A DNA stretch of 64,000 nt from Lytechinus pictus (taxonomy: Eukaryota), in NCBI RefSeq assembly GCF_037042905.1, contig NC_087245.1, forward strand, positions 3,164,001 to 3,228,000, in the 5' to 3' direction. The notes below the pieces were generated by a model, which had not been told where the DNA came from, ran no database searches, and saw only the letters and a program-made list of their open reading frames with translations. Positions 41,081 through 52,600 of the stretch are shown in pieces (positions within the stretch are counted from its first letter, which is position 1; every line of letters begins with the position of its first letter). Made by a program: the position numbers and the translations under genes.

Positions 41081-41251
41081 ATATTGTAAAGAAATGGATG
41101 AAGAGAACAATGGTAGGCGTAGCTTAAATCAAGGTTCCCCAGAGCTGTCTACCCTTTGGAAGGTCTACCCTTCCAAAGGGTAGACAGCTCTGGGGAACCT
41201 TGATTTAAGCTACGCCTACCATTGTTCTCTTCATCCATTTCTTTACAATAT
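41081..41251. repeat. Perfect hairpin with 83-bp arms and a 5-nt spacer
   Basis: 41081-41163 is the exact reverse complement of 41169-41251. The right side continues to ~41300 as an inverted match to 40303-40380. Confidence 0.95.
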
Positions 41252-41512
41252 TTAAATAAAAGAGTTGTCAAAGCTGTTGTACATGTATAGCTTTACAAAT
41301 ATATATATATATATATACAGAATTTTTACACTATATCTGTGTATTCAATTTTAGGCTATCGATTCTGCGGCGCTCTATTTCGTTTTCTATCTCATATCTT
41401 CCCCCTCTCTCACCCTTTCTTATATCTTTCTCCTTTTCTCCTTATAATACTCCCCTTCTCACTGGATAATTTACCACTAACTTGATATCTATTGTTTGAT
41501 TTGTTTTGCTAG

Positions 41513-41626
41513 CCCTGTGTCCTGAAGGTAATCTCATATGTATGGAAGGATCCACCTGCTACCCATCATCATGGCGGTGTGATGGTCTTCTTGATTGTCC
41601 AGATGGATCAGATGAATATAATTGTA
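41513..41626 (+). CDS. Exon 5, LDLa repeat 3 (ALCPEGNLICMEGSTCYPSSWRCDGLLDCPDGSDEYNC)
   Basis: Canonical WRCDGxxDCxDGSDE motif, 114-nt phase 1-1 exon, donor A|GTATGT. Confidence 0.95.
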
Positions 41627-43870
41627 GTATGTATATCATTCCATCTTACACATTCTGTGCTAGACAATGTTTAATACAGAAAATACATTATCATAGAGAA
41701 CTGGGGGACATTTAACCTGAATGGTATCCTGTGTTCAAGGCCAAGGCCAATCCCGAGTTTCTAATGTTAAACAAGTTTGACGCAACTCGTCTATGTGGTG
41801 GCACACACCCGTTCATTAATATCATTGAGTAACGCATTATTTACGAAGGAATGGAACATAGTACTCGCAGTATCACAGCCGCTTATAATTGAGTAATCAA
41901 AATCCTCAACAATTTTGTCTGGGTTAAAAAATTTCAAATTTTTCACACAATGACCAATGTTATTGCAACACATTTGGTGCTTCATATTCCAGTGATTCGT
42001 GACGTTATTTGTACCCTTAAGTTAAAAGACGGCTTTACGAATCATCCGGGTTGTGCAAATGCAAGATAACGTATTATTAGATGCTGGTGAGATAATCTGC
42101 CAGTAATTTTAATGACTAAATAATCGCAATTAGCATCTGTTATTAAATGCTCTAAGTGACGGAATAAACGCCATTGTCACCAAACGCTCGTCCTTATGAC
42201 CTCTTACATGGTAGTCAATATTACCTAGGCAGTATACCAGCCGAAGTTTCTGAAAATAGTACAAGGCTTACTCCCCAGTCGTTCCCAGTCGGGATTTTCG
42301 GTAAATTAAATAATGCGATATTTTGTGTCTGGGAGGGGTGGGGGGAGGAGGAGAATGGCAACCACTGATAAAACAAATCGTAAAGTTGGTGACCCTACAT
42401 TTAACGACCTTACTTATCCTTTATCTCCTTAAATAGCTAGATGATTATATGGAATCCGTTAGACAATATCTCAAGGCCATCCTTTCAATTAAACTTAATT
42501 TATTTGGGCTCCGCAGGGGGAAGTACGTTTCAAACCATCATGAATAGTATCAGATTTCTCCAGGTATATATTGCTTTTTATTCTGCTGTTACACCGGGCG
42601 GTGATTATTTTAAAAATAGGTACGATAATTGTAAAGATATTATCTTGAATTTTATAACAGTCGCGGACTAATTCTTTTCATATCACAAATAATAATCGAT
42701 GATAACAATAGCAATGGGCAAAGATTAATGTACGGCGCTGGCTCGATTGCGCATGACCAAATAAATTGACGCAATTTTGCTTGGAGTCATTTAGAAAGAA
42801 TAGTAATGCATGATACCACAAACAAAAACATGGTGGCCGTTTCGTGTGTTATATGTAAGGGAACTTTAATATAAAAAATATTCCCTGGGTCACTTTAAAA
42901 TTATGTTCTTCCTATATCATAGAAAGAATTTGAGAGCTCACAATAATTATTTTAATTTTATCTCTCAAGTGTAATATCTCTTACATTATTCATAAGTGAT
43001 CGGTTCATTCGGGAAAAGAAGGGATGTAAACTAAGAGTGTAAGCAAAGACAATTTCGGATCTATCTGTAAGTACAATGTTACACCCATGTGCACTGAACT
43101 GAAGTGCAATCTAATGTTGATTTAAATAAGTGTTTGGTACCGCAAATCGTAAAATAGCCTTAAAAACGGACATATTGAAGCTTTTCGACATGCACTCATC
43201 GTACTGTACTAGAATCGCATCAATTGGGACCTTTCGCAATCCTCACGGACGCTAATATTAGGGTCCCCTAACACAAAAGTTAACGCTTAATCATACACTT
43301 GATTTTTAAGATTGAATGTGCATTATAGTCAATAGAATCAAACGTAGAAAACTGCTCTACAATCAATGCTAAACTTTGTGTTACAGGGGGGTTACAGGCC
43401 CTACAGATCTGCTTTTCGTGTGCAAAATCCTTTTCTGCGACACTCGCACCATACATAGCATGTATATTACGACTGATGGTTTGAGATATTCGAAATGAAG
43501 ACCTAAAATAGATTATGACATGGATAAGAAAGTGGTTTTTCAAACAAATCGAGTACATATTGAGTGAGGAAAAACTTACTGAATGAAGGCTTAGATATAG
43601 ATCATTACAGTCCATCGAATCGATATTACATTTAATGTGGATTATTGGTGTATCACTGGCAATTGATTTCATGGGTCAGATCAACCTCTCCAGCCGAACA
43701 TTTCGCGTGAGTTGATATATGCACACCATTATGTAATACATTTGAACTCGTTTCTTTTTGTTTCTTTTGTTTCTTTTGTTTATTCCTTCTACACAAACGA
43801 TATGCCTCTCGCACACGATGTAATGGGCATTATGTTTTACTTCCCCCAGAAATGGGGATTAGATTCAAAT

Positions 43871-44171
43871 TCCGGGGGGACCACTTCCATTGATGAGTGG
43901 ATACCAGGCACGACCATGGGGTTTCGAAAAATACCCTAAACAAGCTGGGAAGTAATTCTTTTCCAGATTATGAAAATGCATCTCTTAACAAGAATTTGGC
44001 TTGTGAAACCCTACAAGTATTGGATATCCCTTTTTTGTCAGCATTTTAAACATCGTTTTGACACCCTTATAACGTTACATAGGCCTATACGTAACGTACC
44101 TGCCCACTCTGTCCCCTTTTACGCGTGGTCGCTCCTGGGATCCACTAATCAATGGAAGTGGGCCCCCCGGG
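43871..44171. mobile_element. MITE with CCGGGGGG termini, possibly EnSpm/CMC-like
   Basis: TIRs CCGGGGGGACCACTTCCATTGAT / ATCAATGGAAGTGGGCCCCCCGG. No TSD seen. Confidence 0.75.
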
Positions 44172-44930
44172 CGGCCTCTCGAGCTCTAGGAGGAGTCAAA
44201 TGTGGCTTTGGAAAGTCGTCCTCAATGAGATATATCGCTGTTACCATAGTAGCAACCAAAATTTTGCACACGAAACGCATATTGAATGTTTCCGTCGCAG
44301 ATGCGAAACGAAAAAAAAATCTCATGTCACACAATTTGCATTGCAGGACGACCATGATGACGGGCCCAAAAAGTCTCTTCCAAAATCAACTAACGTCGTA
44401 AATAAGCGTGCGCGTCCTCAAACGAAAGGTCCGGACTGACTAGAACGCTAGAGCGAAACAATATATAAAAGAACCGAAAGAGACAATGGACGCCAAACGG
44501 CGAGCCGCGATTGGCTGTCATGGTAAACAATTTAGGCTTAGTACCAGCCGTTTTTAAGTCTATTTTACGATGATGTCGATTTCGATATCATTTGCTTAAT
44601 AACATGCCTAATGATATGTTTCTTGTTACGTCATAAAGGCATATTTCACCGACGGATCCAGACACCATTTGGAGTTGGGGCCTATAGTTTCCAAAAGAAA
44701 CAGTTTCATAACCATCAACATAATTTTAACTTATATCAATTTTCAAGAATGTCATATATTGCAGTCCCTTGAACTACAATTTTTCGGACCCATACTAAGT
44801 GATGCAATCAAATACATGTAATGAGAAATGAAGATGACTGTTCTTTTTTACGACAGTCCCCTCCCTGAGTGAGACCATTGTGTTGCCTGGCGATGTATAA
44901 ACACTATTCGTTAAATTTTCTGCTATCCAG

Positions 44931-45050
44931 GTACATTTGAGTGTGAACCTGGTCAGATGAAGTGTGCAAATGATAAGCAGTGTATTCTACCTGACTGGCT
45001 TTGTGATAATTACACTCATTGTTCTGATGGAAGTGACGAGACTGCATGTG
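44931..45050 (+). CDS. Exon 6, LDLa repeat 4 (STFECEPGQMKCANDKQCILPDWLCDNYTHCSDGSDETAC)
   Basis: Acceptor ATCCAG, 120-nt phase 1-1 exon with six Cys and DGSDE, donor G|GTATGT. Absent from the ORF track. Confidence 0.94.
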
Positions 45051-45069
45051 GTATGTATATCCACTTTAA

Positions 45070-45674
45070 AGGACAAGTCCACCCCAACAAAAAGTTGATT
45101 TGAATAAAAAAAAGGAAAAAAATCCGATAAACACAACACTGAAAATTTCATCTAAATCGGATGAAAAATAAGAAAGTTATGACATTTTAAAGTTTCGCTT
45201 AATTTCACAAACAGTTATGCACATCCTGATCGGTATGCAAATGAGGAGACTGTTGATGTCATGCACTCACTGTTTCTTTTATATTTTATTATATGAAATA
45301 TAAAATATTCTAATTTTCTCGTCATTGTCTAGTGAAACAACGATTAATCCCTCCCTGAACATGTTGAATTTGCATTGTTTAATACCATAAATTTTTTATG
45401 GTTCACTCAACTTGGTACTTACTGTCAAGTATGTAAAGAATGAAATGTTGTATAATTCAAACAATAAAAAACAAAAGAAATGGTGAGTGATGGACATCAT
45501 CGACTGACTCATTTGCATGACACTGAGTTGTGCATATCACTGAAAAAACAAGCGAAATTTCATAATGCCATAACTTTCTTATTTTACATCCGATTTTGAT
45601 GAAATTTTCAGCGTTATACTAGTTTGATTTTTCTCTATTCATTTAAATCAACATTTTCTGTGGTCGACTTGACC
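45070..45674. mobile_element. Kolobok-like TTAA MITE, second family
   Basis: TTAA|AGGACAAGTCCACC ... GGTCGACTTGACC|TTAA with ~200-bp imperfect TIRs. Confidence 0.85.
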
Positions 45675-46917
45675 TTAAATGATACTAATACACGTATAAC
45701 AATTATAACCTGCTATTTACAATTCAAGATGGAAGTCTTCAGCCTCGTTCAGACATGAGATCCAAGTCGGAGTAAAATTTTGTTGTGCATTGATTAAAAT
45801 TCCAAAGATATTTCTCTTATCCCCACCAGGACAAAGGCTGCTTTGATAGGAGGAAGTGTCAGAGGAAGCCCAGTCGGAGGAAATGTCGGAGTAGTGCCCG
45901 TCTAAACAGATTTACTCTGACCTTTCTCCGACCAAGATACTTTTACTGATTTCCAAGAGTATCTTGACCGGAAAAATTAGTGGTAAGGTTTGGTTTCCCA
46001 GAGGAGATTTTTTTTCCTATTTTTATCCCTTTTTATAAATTTGCGTACTCTACTAACACTTCTTTTAGACACTGTTAGACCACTTCTTACTCCCAGGATG
46101 CTGCCAAATGGAATGTGTTCAATGAAAGTATCTGATAAGGGAAAGACACCATATATTTTGGTCAGTTAGATCATTATGGCCTCGGTGTCGACTTGTATTC
46201 ATGATGAAACAATGTCACGTAGCGGGTAAAATTTATCATCATTCTCTATAGAAAGATAAATATTCCGTGACAAAAGTCATATTTACATATTCAATATTTA
46301 ATGCAATATTTGCAGACATAACATTTTTGTTTTCAATATGACACTATCGAGAATAAGACCAAACGTACCACCATTTTTATTTTACTTTACAAGCGAGCGA
46401 CTATACATTCCTTGTTACGATTAAATTGCTGAGATAATGAAAGCTTTTGCTTATTTGTAATGCTGCATTTTTAGAAATTTGCATTCTTAAAAATTCCGGA
46501 TCAGGTCATTTCGACCCTGTCGGTGTCTCATCTGGCGTCATTTCGGGTTATTGTATGACCCAAACAAACTGAATCCCAGGTTAAATATGATCCGGTATTA
46601 TATAGAATGACTTATACAAGAAAGCTGAGCGACTAGGGAGGAACATCATGTTTATATTAAATTGAAAAAAAAAACATGAAACCATTTATTGCCGTCTATA
46701 TTGGCCTATCAATTTTTATGATATACCGGCACATTTCATCGTCAATTATCTTCCTTTATCATTTATGATGTTGGTCAATGATATAGGCTTAGCCTTTAGT
46801 TTGTCAAACATAATTTTCCGCTGCAAAAGAAATGATATGCTAAATCGGCCGAACCATAATTATCAGCTGTAATATACTGATATTTTATGCTGCAATTTCC
46901 ATTCATTTTCCTTACAG

Positions 46918-47079
46918 ACCATGATCCATTTAACATGTACCTTGGCGAGACGGACGTTTTCTGGGATTTCTGCCATGACCTGAATGGAACAAGATGCCTT
47001 CATGAAAGTGTCTGTTTTTTCTCACATCAAGAATGTGATAGATATACAGCGTGTCCAAACCACCATGATGAGTGGTTCT
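46918..47079 (+). CDS. Exon 7, linker plus atypical LDLa repeat 5 (DHDPFNMYLGETDVFWDFCHDLNGTRCLHESVCFFSHQECDRYTACPNHHDEWF)
   Basis: Strong acceptor TTTTCCTTACAG, 162-nt phase 1-1 exon, donor T|GTAAGT. The sixth Cys codon is completed by splicing (T+GT). Confidence 0.85.
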
Positions 47080-47786
47080 GTAAGTAGAGATGCCTACTGT
47101 AGAATAATAACCGAGAACATATATACTTATATCTAACTTTCATTGGTGCTGAACAAAAGATTCAAACATTTAATAATTCGGAAACTATCCGAGATCTCGC
47201 TATTTCTTTCTAGACGGTTTTGTAGCATTCTTCATGTTCTTGTTGATAACTCTTTATTTAACTAATTCAGTAGCGTAGACCATGACCCCGAGATATTGAA
47301 AAAAAAGAACAAGTTCAATATTTTGCTATTATTTGGGGGAATCTGTAGGAGGTTTGAAAGTTAGATTGGCATTAGACACTGCAAAAATATTGGTTAAAAA
47401 AATTATGTTACCAATGTCAGATGTCTGCGCTCATTGGAAGGAAAATTCGGTCGAAGGTTGTGCTTTTAATACACATATAGTGAAAACAATGACCAATTGC
47501 TTGTCAAGACACTAACAGATAATCAAAAGTTTGACCAATAGTTGAATAAAATATAGAGTTTCACAATTTTCTAAATTATGATTTACATTTATGATTAAAT
47601 AATGCTAATGATAATAAGTCATAAACAGATTTCTTGCGATCAAAGAATGTGACATCACTTTAAAAAGAAAAGTAATTGCCCTTGAGGGAAGAAATTAGGG
47701 TTTCTGGTATGCAAAGAAAACTCGATATTTTATAGATAGGCTTCTTTATTTCATATTACGAATTTCTTCATTATATTCTATTACAG

Positions 47787-47914
47787 GTTGTCCTGAGGGT
47801 CAAGTGCGGTGTAAAACAGTAGACAAGTGCTATTCTATATTTGGTATGTGCAATGGTGAATACGACTGTCCCGATCAAAGCGATGAAGAATGTGACTTTG
47901 GGGATTATTTATAG
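47787..47914 (+). CDS. Exon 8, LDLa repeat 6 and probable stop (CCPEGQVRCKTVDKCYSIFGMCNGEYDCPDQSDEECDFGDYL*)
   Basis: Acceptor TTACAG, LDLa consensus, in-frame TAG TAA at 47912-47917. The ORF track shows only a wrong frame here. The 3' boundary is uncertain because the stop overlaps a GTAAGA donor. Confidence 0.88.
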
Positions 47915-49601
47915 TAAGAAGTCGGATAGTGTATTCAGCCCTCTCCCGTCTATCAGTGACCAATCAGTTTTACATCACATTACGGTATATCAGCAAGTTC
48001 TGCTTCATATCAGGGAGGAGTGATTGCATGGAAGTTCTTATGTTCCAATAATTCCAGGGAATGCCTCATATTTATTTTAAAGATTTAATTATATTTCAAC
48101 CAGTCAACAGTATCTGCAAATATTCTCGAAAACAAATTTTAAGCGTGACATTGGTTCAAATGCATGTGCATTGATCTTTTGTAATATTTTTTTTCAGGAT
48201 GTATTTTTTTTCTTTCTCTAAACTCTCGGGCTAATTATGTGAAGTTATATTACTATCTTACACTCCCTTATCTTTGTAAGGAAAAGGAATTGAGGACAGT
48301 GACAATATTTCCCTTCAACCCTCGCTTTCCATTGAAAAGAGATCGATTCTATGTAACATGCATGCATAAGCCAACATGAGTCCTTCCTCATACCACGACA
48401 CCAAATTTTTGGATGTATGTTTTACGCTGTTCTATATTACTTTTCACTAACTCATTTCACACTTACCCTGACCGTTTTCTTATATCGGTGCCGGATGAGC
48501 ACACTTTCGTTTGATGAATAAAGATCAAAATATATTTAATTTATTGGAAAAAAATAAATCGAGAGAATGTTTACATGATATCAGAAGTTTTGTATAATTA
48601 TATGTGAGAGCTAAATAATTGATCGCACTATTAATTCGAACAAAAACGCTCAAAATGTTGGTCGAAGATAAGCCATCTTGGATTTTGGACATACTCAACC
48701 ACTGACTGTCATTGTTACCTGTCTCAATGTATTACTTGACTCTTGAATCATATTCCTCAAGCGTAAAATAAATGAACTATGTCGGTTTTTAAGTAGTAGC
48801 AGCCATTTTATACTCCATTTTTACTCAAACCTTGGGCATTAATTTTTATTATTTTTTTAATTCTATTTTTTGCAATAACCTTTTTTGTCAGGCTGAACCT
48901 CCCCTTTAAACGCCATCTTGAAAATAACCGCTTTTTCCTGACGTGGATTTTGATAGTATGATTTTTAGGATGTTTTTCCTGGGGTCAAATACTACAGAAT
49001 CAGTTGAAAAAAAAAAACCTTCTGTTGCAATTTGTGTGGAGTAAAACCATAATTGACCCGACAAGAACCGAATGCGTCCCATATCATTACCCTCTTCAAA
49101 ATTCAGAAAAAAAATATTTATAGTTGTGCGCCATCTTTTGACGACTTCAAAATAGTAATGATATACAACATAAAAAGAGATAACAATTTGATAATAATTT
49201 ACAGCGCATCAATATACATTTATGGAGGCGATATCAAGAAATTATGAATACACAAATTTAGAAGTGGAATTTACAAAAATATGAAAGAACAATTTTTTCA
49301 GGTTTCCATTGATATCTTACATGTGCCTCTAACAGTACGCATAACTCAACTAATGGAAATCTTTTGTCGAAGTTATGGCAGGTATCATTTTCACCCAGTT
49401 GAGTCATTGCTTTCTTACTGAGTATAAAGACTTCAAAGGCTGTGTTATTGAAGGCACTGTGAAAATGTTGCTTCTTCTGACGGACTGATAAGGTTCCATG
49501 CATTTTAACCTTTTAAGCCGGAACAAATTTTGGGGAAAAGAGTCTTTACATGTAGCCTATCAAATCAATAATTCATTCAGCCATGGGTTGTGTCTATTAT
49601 G

Positions 49602-52600
49602 TATGAGGCGCCGAATGTACCAATATTATATAGAACAATTATTTGTTATATAATCATTATTTATTAAATAATAACTATTATTTATATATAATTTACATTT
49701 TATTTGTAAATAACTACTATTATATAAAATATCATTTCTAATTATTTATATATAATTCCAAGTAATACTTCATTATTTGTAAATAATAATAGTTCGACAT
49801 TCCATTATTTATAAATAATGATTATTTGTTTTTCATTATTTATAAATAATGATTATTTGTTTTTCATTATTTATAAATAATGATTATTTGTTTTTCATTA
49901 TTTACAAATAATGATTATTTGTTTTTCATTATTTATAAATAATGATTATTTGTTTTTCATTATTTATAAATAATGATTATTTGTTTTTCATTATTTACAA
50001 ATAATGATTATTTGTTTTTCATTATTTATAAATAATGATTATTTGTTTTTCATTATTTATAAATAATGATAATTGGTTTTTCATTATTTATAAATAATGA
50101 TTATTTGTTTTTCATTATTTACAAATAATGATTATTTGTTTTTCATTATTTATAAATAATGATTATTTGTTTTTCATTATTTATAAATAATTTGTTGAGT
50201 TTTCCATTATTTATAAATAATGATTATTTGTTAAATAATGAAAACGTCTACTTCATTATTTATAAATAATTTTTTCGAGTGCACCATTATTCTCATTATT
50301 TATAAATAATCATTATTTAATGTTCGAGTTTTCCATTATTTATAAATAAAGATTATTTGTTAAATAATGAAATATCTACTTCATTATTTATAAATAATAA
50401 TTTTGTTTCAATATCCCATTAATCATTATTTATAAACAATTTTTACAGTTTGCCATTATATACAAATAATCATTATTTATATACAAATAACCATTATTTA
50501 TTAAATAATGCCATTATTTATTAAATAATGCCATTATTTATTAAATAATGCCATTATTTATTAAATAATGCCATTATTTATTAAATAATGGAAAACTCGC
50601 TATAACATGCAAATGTGGGACCGCCCATGATATGAATATTCATGATGCGATTTCCTTTTTCGTGATTTTTCTTCACAAATTTTTGTCCATTTCCTCTTCA
50701 TAATGACATTTCTTGAAGCAATTTTCTAGGGATATGGTCTGATTGTAATATTCTTCATTTTCTATATAACTTCGTCTTCGTAGAAATATCAAAAAGTGTA
50801 ATTTTATACGATTTTTCCTACAGTTCACAATCCCCATAGGCGCGCGTGTACGGTAGGGACAACCGGTGAATCGACGGAGTGCTCTTCATCGAAATACTAC
50901 GTTGGTTGGTCCCCGGAAGTGGCGGGCGGAATTTAGCCCGAATCCTCGATGGAAGTCGATCAAGTGCATATGAGCTGAGAGAGTGAAATATCAGTGTACT
51001 TGTACAGGCCCTTCTACTTTTTATAAATATTTCTTGTTGCTTTTTTTGTTAAGTTAATTTTTCCTGGTGTAGAGATAAGTTTCAGTTCTAATAGTGCACT
51101 TCAAATACATTTTGGAGTGTCTGTTTGAGGCGTTTGGGGCGATTTCACCCTGGCCCCAAAATGCTCGCAACGACAATACGGGGGCATGATGACCCCTAAA
51201 TTTTTAAAAACTTATTTTTCTATTGAAAATTATCTCAAAATTCACCAAAAGTGTGCACGAAAGCCTTCGTATTTCACTTTTAAAACTCCAAAAAGTGCCC
51301 AAATGACAAGCTTGGTCGCTTCGCTGTGTCGCATTCAACTTGAGAACGTTTACGCGTCTGCTTCGATATATCCCCCCCCCCCCCCCCCCCCCCCTCCTCC
51401 GAAAGAAATTCTGTATACGGCCATGCTCTAAAGAGCCTGGCACATTGATTTATGTATACTTTCATTTTCATTATTTTTATCTCATTATCAACATGGCCTT
51501 ACGCATAATTTTTTTCCAGGGGGGCCGGGGCCGGAGCATGACGCGCGTAAACTTTCTCAAAAAAATCTTGAAAGCGAGACAGCCACGGGACCAAGCCCAA
51601 ATGACAAGCTTGGTCGCTTCGCTGTCTCGCTTTCAACTTGAGAACGTTTACGCGCGTCTGCCCCCACCCCCCGAAAGAAATTCTGTGAACGGCCATGCTC
51701 AAAAGAGCATATGGCACATTGATTTATATGTACTTTTCATTTTCATTATTTTTATCACATTATCATCATGGCCTTACACAGAATTTTTACCGGGGGGGGG
51801 GGGGAGCAGCTAGGACGCGCGTAAAGTTTCTCAAAAAAATCTTGAAAGCGAGACAGCGACGCGACCAAGCTCAAATGACAAGCTTGGTCGCTTCGCTTTT
51901 TCAAGATTTTTATGAGAAAGTTTACGCGCGTCCTGCTCCCCCCACCCCCCCCCCCCGGAAAAAATTCTGCGTAAGGCCATGATGATAATGAGATAAAAAT
52001 AATGAAAATGAAGTATACATAAATCAATGTGCCAGGCTCTTTAGAGCATGGCCGTATACAGAATTTCTTTCGGAGGAGGGGGGGGGGGATATATCGAAGC
52101 AGACGCGTAAACGTTCTCAAGTTGAATGCGACACCGCGAAGCGACCAAGCTTGTCATTTGGGCACTTTTTGGAGTTTTAAAAGTGAAATACGAAGGCTTT
52201 CGTGCACACTTTTGGTGAATTTTGAGATAATTTTCAATAGAAAAATAAGTTTTTAAAAATTTAGGGGTCATCATGCCCCCGTATTGTCGTTGCGAGCATT
52301 TTGGGGCCAGGGTGAAATCGCCCCAAACGCCTCAAACAGACACTCCAAAATGTATTTGAAGTGCACTATTAGAACTGAAACTTATCTCTACACCTGGAAA
52401 AATTAACTTAACAAAAAAAGCAACAAGAAATATTTATAAAAAGTAGAAGGGCCTGTACAAGTACACTGATATTTCACTCTCTCAGCTCATATGCACTTGA
52501 TCGACTTCCATCGAGGATTCGGGCTAAATTCCGCCCGCCACTTCCGGGGACCAACCAACGTAGTATTTCGATGAAGAGCACTCCGTCGATTCACCGGTTG

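Noticed and set aside
49800..50200. Regular 31-bp palindromic repeats resembling a CRISPR array
   Set aside because: Units are head-to-tail with no unique spacers, there are no cas genes and the context is eukaryotic.
51186..52274. Mirror-image ORFs at the palindrome centre as a candidate transposase
   Set aside because: Short, driven by homopolymer frameshifts and lacking DDE or DNA-binding motifs; they are duplicated only because of the inverted repeat.
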